64,000 nucleotides of DNA, from the NCBI RefSeq assembly GCF_009914755.1, contig NC_060941.1; one strand, 5' to 3'. The DNA comes from the human T2T-CHM13v2.0 reference genome, Homo sapiens. Under the pieces are notes generated by a model. It had not been told where the DNA came from. It saw nothing but the letters and a program-made list of their open reading frames with translations, and did not search any database. A program made the translations under genes and the position numbers. This document shows, in pieces, positions 62,352 to 64,000 of the stretch (the stretch's first letter is position 1; every line of letters begins with the position of its first letter).

Positions 62352-64000
62352 TAGTAGAGACAGGGTTTCACCGTGTTGGTCAGGCTGGTCTCAAACTCCT
62401 GACCTCGTGATCTGCCCGCCTCAGCCTCCCAAAGTGCTGGGATTATAGGTGTGAGCCACCGTGCCTGGCCCTTGGGACTCTTGAGTGGCACTTGGTGATG
62501 CTCACCACACCCTCCTTGGAATCCTCTTTTCTCTTGGCTTCTAGGATCCCATGTTCCTTGGTTTTCCTTCCTCTGTCCATCACTCCTTGGCCTCTGGAGG
62601 TCATCTCCTCCCCCCCTTCCCAACTTCAAATTGTCTAACATTTCAGAACCATCTCTGCAGACCACTGGGAAATACACAAACCCAGCCTGGGCACCACACC
62701 ACTCCATCCAGCTGCCTCCCCGGCCTGTTCCTAGACAGAACTGTTGATCTATCCTTATAAATATGCCATTCTTGGCTGGATGTGGTGGCTCACACCTGTA
62801 ATCCTAGCATTTTTGGGAGGCTGAGGTGGGAGGACTGCTTGAGCCCATGAGTTTGAGACCAGCCTGGGCAACATAGGGAGAACCTGTCTTTACCAAAAAA
62901 AAAAAAAAAAAATTAGCCGGTCATGGTGGCATATGCCTATAGTCCCAGCTACTCGGGAAGCTGAGGCAGGAGGATCACTTGAGCCCGAGTTTGAGACTGC
63001 AGTGAACTGTGATCACATCACTGTACTCCAGCCACCCTGGGTGACACAGCGAGACCCTGTCTCTAAAAACAAAAACAAAAGCAAATATGCCCCTCTCCCA
63101 ATCATCCCTGTCTCAGGAAATGAAATCCATCCTTCTTCCTAGGTGCCCTGTCCAGAAACCTGCCCTTCAATCCCTGTTCTCTTCTACATCCAGAACCTGC
63201 TCCATCCATAGGTCTTGTTGATTCTTCCTCCAAAATCCACTTCTAACTTGTCCCTTCTCTCCACACCACTGCCTGGCGGCCTTGTCCAGGCCACCTTTAT
63301 CTTTTGCCTGGACGAGTGCAGTTGCTTCCTGACTGCACACTGGGTTTCCATTCTTAACCTCTCTTAACCAGAGGGGGGCTTTTAAAAATATACCACTTTA
63401 GTGAGCCGAGATCATGCCACCGCACTCCAGCCTGGGAGACAGAGCAAGACTCCATCTCAAAAAAAAAAAACAAAAATACTGCTTTAGACCCCTCCACAAC
63501 CACCCACTCCTCTAAGGCCAGTGCCAGAATTCCTTTGAGGTCTGCCAAATGCCCAGGGCTACTGACCTCTCTGGTGGCCACTTGTGTCTCCCTTCCTTCC
63601 TAGTAACACCACCCTTCTCTCTGGGTTCCTCCAGAGTGCCAGGTTCCCATCCCCCGGGTCCTTTGCCCGTGCTGTCCCTTCTTCCAGAATATTCCCAGCT
63701 GCCCTCCCAATGCTTTACCTGGCCTGTTTCATTTCCCCTTTGGCCTTAGCTTAACCATCCATTCCCAGGAAGTCCCTTCTTTTCTGTCATTGCTCCCTGT
63801 TTGTTCTCTCCATTCCATGCTCCACAGATTACAAATCTCTGCTTCTATCTGTGTAGTTCTCTTGCTTCATCCTCTCTCCACCCCCCTTCTCATGCACGTT
63901 CCCTGAGGGCAGGAAAGGTAACTAACTTCTTCATGTCTGAATCCCAGAGATGGGTACAGTGCCTGACACCCAGCAAGTGCACCACACAGTTGGGCAGTGA

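Overview
Alu-dense primate DNA, recognisable as the human 17q21.2 DNAJC7-NKIRAS2-ZNF385C-C17orf113 locus. It holds DNAJC7 coding exons 1-9 on the minus strand (the 3' end lies left of the window) and the complete divergently transcribed NKIRAS2 (kappaB-Ras2, 191 aa) on the plus strand. It also holds the last seven coding exons of ZNF385C on the minus strand, converging tail-to-tail on NKIRAS2. C17orf113 (675 aa, two coding exons) is nested on the same strand inside a ZNF385C intron. All exon boundaries were derived by hand from GT/AG sites and reading-frame phase. Two observations stand out. (1) DNAJC7 intron 4 carries a second, 88%-identical, indel-free copy of exon 4 with intact splice signals and an in-frame TGA, making it a candidate poison exon. 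(2) C17orf113 reads as a catalytically dead domesticated hAT transposase, and its poly(A) site sits about 370 nt before a ZNF385C exon. Smaller findings include an in-frame stronger alternative donor in NKIRAS2, a donor overlapping the DNAJC7 start codon, interlocked poly(A) signals, and several Alu rearrangement scars. Most ORFs in the supplied track are Alu or GC-rich artefacts.
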